Origin: Myxococcota bacterium
GTDB lineage: Bacteria > Myxococcota_A > UBA796 > SXON01
Reading direction: 5' to 3'
Length of the DNA stretch: 64,000 nt
NCBI GenBank assembly: GCA_040386535.1
Contig: JAZKFH010000009.1
Location: 245,551-309,550 of the forward strand
Positions 30,465-39,135 of the stretch are shown piece after piece; the stretch's first letter is position 1, and every line of letters begins with the position of its first letter. The notes under the pieces were generated by a model. The model saw only the letters and a list, made by a program, of their open reading frames with translations, was not told the origin of the DNA and did no database searches. Made by a program: the position numbers and the translations under genes.

Positions 30465-31317
30465 TCAGCCCTCGTACTCCGCGATCGCCGCCATGATCGA
30501 GGCGGCGTCGTACAGGTAGTACTCGGACGGGTTGTCGATCGCCGACCAGATGACCGTCATGTCGGGCGCGAGGAGCACCGTGGCGGGGATGCTGCCCGTG
30601 GCGTTGAGGTGATTCACCCACGGGGCGCCGTTGTTCCGCGGCGAGGTGACGGGGATGCCCTGCAGGTCGAACGCGCGGATCCAGTTCCGGAGCACCTCCT
30701 CGTCCGGCTCGGCGCCGTAGTTGTCCTGGTAGAGGAACTCGTAGAAGGTGAAGTTACGGGTAGGTCTCCCGGATCTCGTCCGTCTCCGACGCCATCGCGC
30801 TGGCGAGGGACTGGCACGGCCCGCACCACTCGGCGCCCATCGTGATGAGCGTGTAGTTGCCACAGAACGCGTAGGGGGTGACCTCCTGGGCGAACTTGTC
30901 GGTGGCCGTGAAGTTCGCGAGGATGTCCCCCTCGCGGTACGCGTCCCACGACGAGGTGTCGTACGACCCGGTGCCGGTGGGGCCCGCGGCGTCGAGGTCG
31001 GGCGCGACGGGGCAGGAGCCGATGAGGTAGTCGCCGTCTTCATAGACGTGCGACCACTCCCACGACGGGTTGGTGCCGGCGTCCAGCTCGTCGGCATCGT
31101 CGAAGCCGTCCCCGTCACTGTCGGCCGCTTCGGGATCCGTGCCGAGGTCCGCCTCCTCGACGTTTGTCAGGCCGTCGCCGTCGTCATCTTGTTCGGGGTC
31201 GACCTCGTTCTCGTCTTCGGGATCCGCTTCGTTCGCGGGCTTCGTCCCCGCGGGCTCGTCGAGCGTGCAGCCGAGGAAGAGGAGGGAGAGAGCGGGGAGG
31301 AGGGTGGACAGGCGCAT
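30465..31317 (-). pseudogene. frameshifted thioredoxin-fold (TlpA/redoxin) lipoprotein with Ca-binding DxDxDG repeats
   Basis: FLGC lipobox, DDDGDGL..EE...GTDP repeats, WCGPC; one extra base at about 30756 (TAC CCG T AAC TTC) creates a TAA; the other frame continues NFTFYEFL...SIPATVLL (cis-Pro loop). Confidence 0.8.
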
Positions 31318-31433
31318 GGGCGGCTCCGGGGCGCGGAGAGTGTACCTCACACTCGGCCGTGGTCACCCGTCCTATTCACGCGTGCGAGGCGCTGGCTGGC
31401 GGAGGAGCCTTGAACCGCCTGCCTCCGGGCGTT

Positions 31434-31450
31434 GCGGGGCGGAGCCCCGC
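31434..31450. repeat. REP-like hairpin GCGGGGCGGAGCCCCGC
   Basis: perfect 6-bp stem; followed by a GCCCCAAGA-x-CTC direct repeat. Confidence 0.45.
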
Positions 31451-31491
31451 CCCAAGAACTCTCCAGCCCCAAGAGCTCCCAGGCCCAATCC

Positions 31492-33090
31492 CTACTTGAT
31501 TTGGTTGGCCACGCGCTTGAGCTCGCGCATGCTCTTGATCTCGAACAGCTTGCCCTTTACGGCGAAGGTCGAGAGTTTTTGCGCCTGGCGGACGTACTCG
31601 CCGTATTGGTAGGCCTTGCCCCAGAAGAAGTCGTACTTGCGCTGGTTGAAGATGCGCACGAAGCGATCGTTCGCCAGGAACTGGACGAATTCCTTCGGGA
31701 GGTTGTTGAACAACGTCATGAAGAAGAGAAAGTTCAGGTAGCTGCCGTTGGGGGTGTGGAACCCGCGACGGTAGATCTGGTTGTACTCGTCGGTGACGAA
31801 GCCGTCCTCGATGCTCTTGTGGTAGAATTCGGTGCCCGGGTAGGGGATGAGCGAGGAAGGAAGCAGGTTGTATGGCGGCGGCAAGGTCCAGAGCAGGCGC
31901 AGGCCCTTCATCACGTCCTCGGTCGACTCCCAGGGGTTGTCGAGGATCATGTGGTAGTCGGGCACCTGGATTTGATCCCGGTACTTGCTGATGATGTTGA
32001 CGGCCTTGAGCAGCTGCTCGTTCGTCATGCCGCGCTTGTACATCTTCATGGTCTCGGTGGATCCGGTCTGGATGCCGAGCTCGGTGAAGCAGAGGCCCGC
32101 GTCGATGAGGGCCTTGTACTTGTCCTCGTTGATCGTGGTCGGGGAGCACTGGGCGCGGAAGGGGAGGCCGATCTCCTTCTGCCACACGTCCGAGAACTTC
32201 TGGATCTCCTCGGTGGAGGTGGAGAAGAACACGTCGTCCTGGAAGTGGACGATGCCGATGTCGGGGTGCTGCTTCGTGACGAGCTTGATCTCGCCGATCA
32301 TGTGCTCGACCGAGCGGCGGCGCAGATAGGACTGGCCCTTGTAGAGATCGTGGTTGAACGCCACGCCGCAGTAGCTGCACTTGTGCGGGCAGCCACGGGT
32401 GATCATCGTCTTGTACGCGGGCCGGAGCTCCCCGTTGCGGTCGGGGTAGGTCGGCATGATCTGCCGGTAGAAGCTCCAGTCCAGCCGGACGAGGTTCTTC
32501 GACTTGGCGTCATACGTCCAGTCGTCTTCGAAGCTGAAGTCCTGGAAGGGGAGCGAGTCGAGGTCCTGGATGAGGGGGCGATGGGGGTTGCCGACCACCT
32601 TGCCGTTGTGCTTGCGGATCCAGAAATTCCGCACGTCGGAGGTGTCCTTCCCGTCCTCGAGGCGCTCGATGAGCTCGAGGAAGCTGTGTTCGCCCTCGCC
32701 CACGTGCACGTAGTCGACGAACTCGAGGCCCTGCTGCGGCATGGTGGTGGGGTGGAAGCCGCCCCACACGATGATCTTCTGCGGGTAGCGGGCCTGGATG
32801 GCGCGGGTGGCCTGGACCGCCACGTCGAACATGGCGGTGAGGAAGCTCACGCCGATGACGTCGGCGTCCTTCACGAGCTCGACCAGATCCTCCACCATGG
32901 GCTGCTGCATCTGCATGATGTGCGACCAGGTGTCCGCGCGCCAGGAGGCCTTGAAGCGGTTCCCGTACGTGTCGGCCGGCAGGAAGATCTGGCGGACGCT
33001 GTGCCCGTGCATCTTCAGGTACCCGGTGAGCGTCCGGATGCATGGACTGTAATGGTCCATGGGCGTGGGGCTGATCATCGCGACCTTCAT
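31492..33090 (-). CDS. cobalamin-dependent (B12-binding) radical SAM protein
   Basis: WGGFHPT and GEGE in the B12 domain; TRGCPHKCSYC CxxxCxxC; FQDD; GIQTGS; PYPGT. Confidence 0.92.
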   Translation of the reverse strand: MKVAMISPTPMDHYSPCIRTLTGYLKMHGHSVRQIFLPADTYGNRFKASWRADTWSHIMQMQQPMVEDLVELVKDADVIGVSFLTAMFDVAVQATRAIQARYPQKIIVWGGFHPTTMPQQGLEFVDYVHVGEGEHSFLELIERLEDGKDTSDVRNFWIRKHNGKVVGNPHRPLIQDLDSLPFQDFSFEDDWTYDAKSKNLVRLDWSFYRQIMPTYPDRNGELRPAYKTMITRGCPHKCSYCGVAFNHDLYKGQSYLRRRSVEHMIGEIKLVTKQHPDIGIVHFQDDVFFSTSTEEIQKFSDVWQKEIGLPFRAQCSPTTINEDKYKALIDAGLCFTELGIQTGSTETMKMYKRGMTNEQLLKAVNIISKYRDQIQVPDYHMILDNPWESTEDVMKGLRLLWTLPPPYNLLPSSLIPYPGTEFYHKSIEDGFVTDEYNQIYRRGFHTPNGSYLNFLFFMTLFNNLPKEFVQFLANDRFVRIFNQRKYDFFWGKAYQYGEYVRQAQKLSTFAVKGKLFEIKSMRELKRVANQIK

Positions 33091-33177
33091 CGAGCGGACT
33101 CCAGCTGCGGGAATTGGGCTTCGCGGAGAGGGTACCCGCCGACGGCGGCCGCCGCTACCTGTACGGGGTGACCCGGT

Positions 33178-33876
33178 TTACCGAGGGCGGGGTGTGAGCG
33201 CGAACAACGAGAGCCACTCGCCCTCGACGAGGGCCCGGGTGACGAGCTCCGCGGGGCCGAGGGCGGCGCGGGCGCCCGCGAAGTCGCCCCCGAATTCGGA
33301 GAGCACGACCCACGCCTCGTCGGCAAATGTGGGGAAGGCCGCCACGAAGGTCCGGATCGCCTCGAAGTCGGCCCCGGCGTACATCGCGCGGCCGAAGGGG
33401 CGCACGTTACCCGCGGCGTCGGCGACGGGGCCGGGCCAGAAGGGGACGTTGTAGACGACGCGGTGGAAGCGGCGGCCGGGGTCGGGGAAGGCGGAGTCGG
33501 CGAAGGCGGAGAAGAGATCGCTCTCCACGACCTCGACGGGGCGGCCGAGCAGGGCCGCGTTCGCACGGGCGTTGCGGACGCACACGGGATCGATGTCGAT
33601 CGCGGTCACGACGGCCCCGGCCTCGGCGAGGGCCAGCCCGACGATGCCGGTGCCGCAGCCCATGTCGACCCAGCGCTCGCCGGGGCGCGCGTGGGCCGCC
33701 GCGACCCCCGCGAGCCACGCGCCGACCTTGGTGGCGACCGGATCGAGGACGCCGGGGAGCACGAGGAGCGGGAGATCGCCCCACTCGCGGACGTAGGGGC
33801 GGCGGGCGCGCCAGAGGAGCCAGCGTTGCCCGAACCTCCGTCCGGAGGCGGTGCGGAGTCGGTCGATCACGCTCAC
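33178..33876 (-). CDS. class I SAM-dependent methyltransferase (HemK-like)
   Basis: DMGCGTG motif I, DID, SDLF, NVPF (NPPF-like); GTGA overlap with the murJ stop. Confidence 0.85.
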   Translation of the reverse strand: MSVIDRLRTASGRRFGQRWLLWRARRPYVREWGDLPLLVLPGVLDPVATKVGAWLAGVAAAHARPGERWVDMGCGTGIVGLALAEAGAVVTAIDIDPVCVRNARANAALLGRPVEVVESDLFSAFADSAFPDPGRRFHRVVYNVPFWPGPVADAAGNVRPFGRAMYAGADFEAIRTFVAAFPTFADEAWVVLSEFGGDFAGARAALGPAELVTRALVEGEWLSLFALTPRPR

Positions 33877-35675
33877 GGGACGGGGATCCGCGGGCCCTCG
33901 CACGGGCCTTCAAGCACCGCGCCGTTCACGACGCCCCAGGTGCGGTTGCCGACCTGGAGGCCGCGCATGGACGGGGTGGGGCCGACGCGCACGATGATGG
34001 AGAGCGGGGCGGGGGTGGTGGGCGCGGCGGCGGGGCCCTCGACGGGGACGAGGCCCATGGCGCCGCCACGGACGACCATCTGCCACGCGCCCGTGGTGCC
34101 GACGAGCACATCGCCGATCGCGACGACGGGGCCGGCGGCGAGGGCCTCGAGGCCGGCGCGGGTGTCGGCGTCGAGAAAGGGGGGCAGGCCACGGGGGCGG
34201 CCGAGGCCCTCCCACACGCCGAGGAGCCGGGCCACGACGAGGTAGGCGACGCCGGCGAGCGCGCAGACGATGACGACGGGGAGGCGATCCACGAGGAGGA
34301 GGGCGACACCGCCGAGCACCGCCGCGGCGACGAGCATCTTGAGGTGCGCGCCGAGCAGGCCGCGCCCGCGCACCTTGTCGCGGAAGCCCCACACGAGGAG
34401 CGCACCCTCGCCCGTGACCGTGATCGCGTGGGAGAGTGGCAGCGCCTCGACGCCCATGCCGAGGCCGCGCGTGAGCAGGAGGATGACAGGCACCTTGGCC
34501 GCCATCGCGACGAGCGAAAGGCGCATCGGCGTGCGGGGATCCCCCATCGCGTAGTAGGCCGGGACGGCGACGCGGTGGAAGCAGATGCCGTAGACGGCGA
34601 TCGCGTACATCTGGAGCATCGCGGCGGTGCCGACGGTGTCCGCGGCGGTGAACGCGCCGCGCTCGAAGAAGAGGCGGCACAGCGGCTCGGCGAGCACCCC
34701 GAGGCCGACCGCGCTGGGGATGACCCAGAAGGCGTTGACGCGCAGGGCCTGGGTGAGGGCGGCGCCGACGGCGTCGGGCTCGCCGCGGGCGGCGTGGTGG
34801 GCGAGCGCGGCGAGCGCGGCGGTCGCGATGCTGCCGGACACGACGGCGAGGGGGAGCTGGACGAGGCGGAAGGCGAGGGTGAGCCAGGTGAGGGCGCCGT
34901 CGCCGTAGGTGGAGGCCCACTGGGTCTCGACGAGCAGGTTGAACTGCACCGTGGAGATGCCGATGAGCGCGGGCCCGAGGTAGCGCAACATGCGGCCCAG
35001 TCCCGGGTGCCCGCCGAGGGAGGGGCGTGGGCGCCATCCCAGCTTCATCAGCGGGGGGACGGTGATGGCGACCTGCACAAAGCCTGAGAGCGTGGTCGCG
35101 ATCGCGACGGCGAGGATGGCGGGCTGGCCGGTGAGCCGCTCGAAGGGGCCCGAGAGGAGCGCCCCCGCGATGACCAGCAGGTTGAGCACGTTGCCGGCGA
35201 GCGCGGGCCAGAAGAAGCGGCCCTTCACGTTGAGCATCGCGCCGAGGAAGCCCGCGATGGAGAGGCCGGCGAGGAAGGGCGACAACCAGCGGGTCAGCGT
35301 GACGGTGAGGGCGAGCTTGGCGGGATCGTCGGCGAAGCCGTTGGCGACGACGCGCACCCAGAGGGGGGCGCCGAGGAGGAACAGCAGCGTGGCCGCGCCG
35401 AGCACGAGCAGGAGCACGCCCAGGAACGCGTTGGCGAGTCGCCAGGCGCCCGCGTTGCCCTCCTTCTCGGTCGCCTCGGCGAAGGCGGGGACGTAGGCGT
35501 TCTGGAGCGAGCCCTCGGCCAACAGCTCGCGGAGGAGCTGGGGAACCCGCAGCGCCGCGTTGAAGGCGTCGGTGACCGCGCCCGCGCCGAACACGGCGGA
35601 CACGACCATCTCGCGCACCATGCCGGTGACCCGGGCGAGCAGGTTCGCGGCCGCGACGCCGCCCGCGCCCTTCAT
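33873..35675 (-). CDS. murJ: lipid II flippase MurJ (MviN) with C-terminal extension
   Basis: ARVTGMVRE, DAFNAALRVPQLLRELLAEG, RLVQLP, FERGAF, YYAMGDPRTP. Confidence 0.93.
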   Translation of the reverse strand: MKGAGGVAAANLLARVTGMVREMVVSAVFGAGAVTDAFNAALRVPQLLRELLAEGSLQNAYVPAFAEATEKEGNAGAWRLANAFLGVLLLVLGAATLLFLLGAPLWVRVVANGFADDPAKLALTVTLTRWLSPFLAGLSIAGFLGAMLNVKGRFFWPALAGNVLNLLVIAGALLSGPFERLTGQPAILAVAIATTLSGFVQVAITVPPLMKLGWRPRPSLGGHPGLGRMLRYLGPALIGISTVQFNLLVETQWASTYGDGALTWLTLAFRLVQLPLAVVSGSIATAALAALAHHAARGEPDAVGAALTQALRVNAFWVIPSAVGLGVLAEPLCRLFFERGAFTAADTVGTAAMLQMYAIAVYGICFHRVAVPAYYAMGDPRTPMRLSLVAMAAKVPVILLLTRGLGMGVEALPLSHAITVTGEGALLVWGFRDKVRGRGLLGAHLKMLVAAAVLGGVALLLVDRLPVVIVCALAGVAYLVVARLLGVWEGLGRPRGLPPFLDADTRAGLEALAAGPVVAIGDVLVGTTGAWQMVVRGGAMGLVPVEGPAAAPTTPAPLSIIVRVGPTPSMRGLQVGNRTWGVVNGAVLEGPCEGPRIPVP

Positions 35676-35690
35676 CGGCGCGTCATCGCA

Positions 35691-36416
35691 TCACGAGGGT
35701 TCACGGGCGGCGCGGGCGCGTTGCCCGAGCCAGCGCCCGAGCCAGGCGAGCGGGATCAGCAGGAACGCGAGGACGGCGATGAGCCAGGGGGGCGGCTCGC
35801 TCCCGACGATGCCGACCATGCGCTGGGGCAGAGGCTGGGGCTCGCCGGCGCCTTCGAGGAAGCCGGCCGGGCGGATCTTCACCCACGGCTCGCGCGCCGA
35901 CTCGTCCTTGACCCAGGCGCCGTGCCAGTTGTCGCGGATGCGGCCCTGCTTCACCTTCAAGAGCGAGGTCTCCTCCGCCACGAGCGTGCCGTCGAGGGTG
36001 ACGGAGGTGGCGAAGAAGCCGTCGACATCCGGGAAGTTGCCGTTGCGTACGCCGATCGTGCCGCTGTCGGAGGGGAGGGGGGCGCGCATGGCCACCGTGA
36101 AGTCGAGGAACCCCGGCTCCCCGCCCTTCACTCCGTCGGAGACGATCAGGGGCGTGGCGGGCAGGGGCGCGCCGTCCCACGTGAGGCGCACGCCGTCCGC
36201 GAGCGAGGCCAGGAGCTGCTCGCCGTAGCCGGGCGCGCCCGAGGCGCGGGCCTCCTCCAACACGCGGCGTTCGGGCACCTCCGCGACGTAGCGGAGCTCG
36301 ACGTCGTGCGCGCCGACGGTCAGCGAGACGCGATGCCCGACCGTGTCACGCACCGCGCTGGATGCGCCCGGGGCCGAGCCGGGATGGGCGTACAAAAGGG
36401 GCACGAGGAGAAGCAC
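35691..36416 (-). CDS. hypothetical exported protein with C-terminal membrane anchor
   Basis: short N-terminal signal, C-terminal hydrophobic helix followed by Arg residues; 15 bp upstream of murJ. Confidence 0.65.
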   Translation of the reverse strand: MLLLVPLLYAHPGSAPGASSAVRDTVGHRVSLTVGAHDVELRYVAEVPERRVLEEARASGAPGYGEQLLASLADGVRLTWDGAPLPATPLIVSDGVKGGEPGFLDFTVAMRAPLPSDSGTIGVRNGNFPDVDGFFATSVTLDGTLVAEETSLLKVKQGRIRDNWHGAWVKDESAREPWVKIRPAGFLEGAGEPQPLPQRMVGIVGSEPPPWLIAVLAFLLIPLAWLGRWLGQRARAAREPS

Positions 36417-36564
36417 CGCAGAGCTTCGCCCGGCCCCGTTCGCGCCGCAAGGGGAGCGCCGATCGGGACGCCGCCGGGGACGCCTCTGGAGACGAAGGTG
36501 GAGGCTGTGCGTAATGAGCCGCGCCGAGGGCGTGCGCGGGGGCTACCAGATAGGAGGAAGGCGA

Positions 36565-37290
36565 ATGGCGAACGGACTCCCCGGCCTCGATCTCGGGTCC
36601 AACTGGACCCCGCTCACACGCAACGTGATCGTGACGCTGTTCGCGATCTACGTCATCCAGCTCCTCTCGGGGGGCGTCGTCGAGACGCTGTTCGCGTGGC
36701 AGCCCTTCGGCGGCGGATTCCGACCCTGGCAGGTCGTGACGTCCTTCCTGCTCGGCCCGTCGCCGTTCAGCGCCGTCCTGAGCTGGCTGGTGCTGTTCTT
36801 CGTGCTGGCCCCTGTCGACAACCTGCTCGGCCGCCGCGGCATGCTCCAGGCGCTCGGCGTGTCGTGGGCCGTCGGCGTCGTCGTGTCCTCGTTGTTGTTG
36901 GCCGCCGGCTTCGTCAACGCGCCGTTCCTCGGCCTCGGGCCGGTAGTCGCCGTCTTCATCACCCTGTTCGGCTTCATGATGCCGAACGCCCAGTTCCTGC
37001 TCATGTTCATCATCCCCGTGCGCGCCATCTGGCTCGCGTGGGGCACCGGGCTGATGAGCTTCCTGTTCCTGCTGTACTCCCGCGACCTGTCGTCCTCGCT
37101 CCAGTTCTTCGCGTGGACCGGGGCGGCCATCTTCATGGCCGTGCGGGGCGGCGGGATGCGCCGCGCGTCGCTCCGCTGGAAGAAGCGGCAGGTCGAGCGC
37201 AAGCTCGCGCGCTTCGAAGTCATCGAGGGCGGGCGGACTGCGGAGAAGCGGCCGAAGGGTGGCGGGGGGCCGGGCGACTGGATTCACTGA
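36565..37290 (+). CDS. rhomboid-like membrane protein, probably catalytically inactive
   Basis: RPWQVVTSFL, about six TM segments, MPNAQFLLMFIIPVRA; GLGP where GxSG is expected; AGGAGG RBS. Confidence 0.7.
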   Translation: MANGLPGLDLGSNWTPLTRNVIVTLFAIYVIQLLSGGVVETLFAWQPFGGGFRPWQVVTSFLLGPSPFSAVLSWLVLFFVLAPVDNLLGRRGMLQALGVSWAVGVVVSSLLLAAGFVNAPFLGLGPVVAVFITLFGFMMPNAQFLLMFIIPVRAIWLAWGTGLMSFLFLLYSRDLSSSLQFFAWTGAAIFMAVRGGGMRRASLRWKKRQVERKLARFEVIEGGRTAEKRPKGGGGPGDWIH

Positions 37291-37321
37291 TGGATTAGGA
37301 TGGACGCTCGTTGGGAGCTCC

Positions 37322-38170
37322 ATGCCGAGTCTGAAGGATCGAGTGGTCGTCGTGACCGGGGCCAGCCGTGGCGTCGGGGCCGCGGTGGCGGTGGCGTGTG
37401 CGCGGGAGGGGGCCAAGCTGGTGCTGGCCGCCAAGACGGTGGAGCCGGATGCGCGGCTGCCGGGCACGCTGCTCGACACCAAGCGGATGGTCGAGGAGGT
37501 CGGCGGCGAGGCCGAGGTCGTGCAGTTCGACGCTCGCGACGCGGAGCAGTGTGACGGGGTGATCCAGGCGGCCATGGCGCGCTTCGGCCGCGTGGACGTG
37601 CTGGTCAACAACGCGGGCGCCATCTTCTGGGCCCCCGTGGCCGACTGGCCGCAGAAGAAGTTCGACCTGGTGTTCGGGGTCAACGTGCGCGCGTCGTTCG
37701 CGCTCGCCCACGCCGCCATCCCCCACATGCGCAAGCAGGGCTTCGGCCACATCCTGATGATGTCGCCGCCGTTCGCACCCGCGGGCTGCGTCGGCAAGGC
37801 GCCGTACCTCGTCTCCAAGCTCGGCATGACGATGCTCGCCATGGCGATCGACGCCGAGGAGAAGGACAACGGCATCGCCGCGCACGCGCTCTGGCCAGTG
37901 GCCGCGATCAAGACCGCCGCGACCGTCAACCTCGGCATGGGCGACGACGCGCAGTGGCGCACGGTCGACATCCTCTCGGACGCAACGATCGCGCTGCTGA
38001 AGCGGGACCCGCGCGAGTGCCGGTTCCGCGCGTGGCTCGACGAGGAGGTGCTCGCCGAGGAGGGCATCACCGACTTCACGAAGTACCGCTGTGTCGCCGA
38101 CTCCGAGCCGCCGCCGATCTCGATCGAGCTGGTCGACCCGGGTTGGGGTGCGCGCATGGGGCGCTCGTGA
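37322..38170 (+). CDS. short-chain dehydrogenase/reductase (HSDL2-like)
   Basis: TGASRGVG, AAKT...LPGT, NNAG, MMSPP, YLVSK, ALWP. Confidence 0.92.
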   Translation: MPSLKDRVVVVTGASRGVGAAVAVACAREGAKLVLAAKTVEPDARLPGTLLDTKRMVEEVGGEAEVVQFDARDAEQCDGVIQAAMARFGRVDVLVNNAGAIFWAPVADWPQKKFDLVFGVNVRASFALAHAAIPHMRKQGFGHILMMSPPFAPAGCVGKAPYLVSKLGMTMLAMAIDAEEKDNGIAAHALWPVAAIKTAATVNLGMGDDAQWRTVDILSDATIALLKRDPRECRFRAWLDEEVLAEEGITDFTKYRCVADSEPPPISIELVDPGWGARMGRS

Positions 38171-39114
38171 TCGCCCTCGTCGCGGCGCTCGCCGCGTTTG
38201 CCCACGCCGCGGAGACGGCGCACTACCACCCCAACGACGTGGCGAAGAAGAGCGCCGTGTTCGCCAAGGTCGCGGACACGATGGGGCCCGCGTTCGAGGA
38301 GCGCCAGGGCCGCATCGCGGTGCTGGGGACCGCGCTCGCGGAGCTCGAGCTGGGCGTGGCGCTCCTCGGCGCCGCCGCGCCCGCGGAGGTGCGCGACTGG
38401 TCTGTGGCGACGCGTCGCAAGGTCGTTGGCGAGACGCTCCGGTTGCAGCGCCACGTGGACCTGCTGCAGGAGGACTACGGGCGCGTGTTCGGGGCCGCGG
38501 TCAGCCGCGCGCTGCCGACGGTGGGGAAGGGGTTCGAGGTCAAGGAGTGCGGCGCCACCGGCGTCCTCGCGATGATGGGGAAGAAGGACTGCCCCGGCAC
38601 CGACCTGAACCCGAAGCTCGGCGCGGCCCTCGACGCCGACGCCGCGCTCGGCAAGGAGCTCGCCGACATCGCGTCGGTGGAGTGGCCGACGTTCGCGGCG
38701 CCGAAGGCCGCGCAGCCGGTCGTCGCGCTCACGGGCACCGCGCGGTGGGTGTCCGGCGGTGCGTTGGCCGAGGCGCTGATCGGCCCCCACGTCAAGGCGC
38801 GCCAGGACGCGCTCGAGTCGAAGATCGACCGGATGATGCCGGACGAGCCGACCGAGGACGACGTGAAGAAGGCCCAGGCGCTCAAGGACGCCTACCTCGC
38901 GGCGCTCGGGAGCGACGGCGATGTGCTCCGGGCCGCGCTCGGCGACGCGCTCACGCGCGCCGAGAAGAAGGGCGGGCCCACCCAGGTGGGCTGGTGCGCC
39001 AATCCCGCGACGCTCGGCGGCTGCCCCGGGGACGAGGTGACCGAGTCGGTGCTCGTGACGCTTCGGGCGGACAAGAAGTTCCTGAAGGCGATTGGGGCGC
39101 TTCAGGCGGAGTGA
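38167..39114 (+). CDS. hypothetical secreted protein
   Basis: GTGA overlap; signal ending AHA; four Cys; coding codon bias. Confidence 0.7.
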   Translation: MIALVAALAAFAHAAETAHYHPNDVAKKSAVFAKVADTMGPAFEERQGRIAVLGTALAELELGVALLGAAAPAEVRDWSVATRRKVVGETLRLQRHVDLLQEDYGRVFGAAVSRALPTVGKGFEVKECGATGVLAMMGKKDCPGTDLNPKLGAALDADAALGKELADIASVEWPTFAAPKAAQPVVALTGTARWVSGGALAEALIGPHVKARQDALESKIDRMMPDEPTEDDVKKAQALKDAYLAALGSDGDVLRAALGDALTRAEKKGGPTQVGWCANPATLGGCPGDEVTESVLVTLRADKKFLKAIGALQAE

Positions 39115-39135
39115 GTCCTTCTCGCCGGGAGCCCG

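Noticed and set aside
30750..30762. Programmed +1 frameshift analogous to prfB
   Set aside because: No slippery codon able to re-pair (CCG to CGT) and no properly spaced internal Shine-Dalgarno
31492..33090. Radical SAM gene as a RiPP maturase or genomic island
   Set aside because: No precursor peptide, transporter, integrase or flanking direct repeats; the lower GC may partly reflect amino-acid composition
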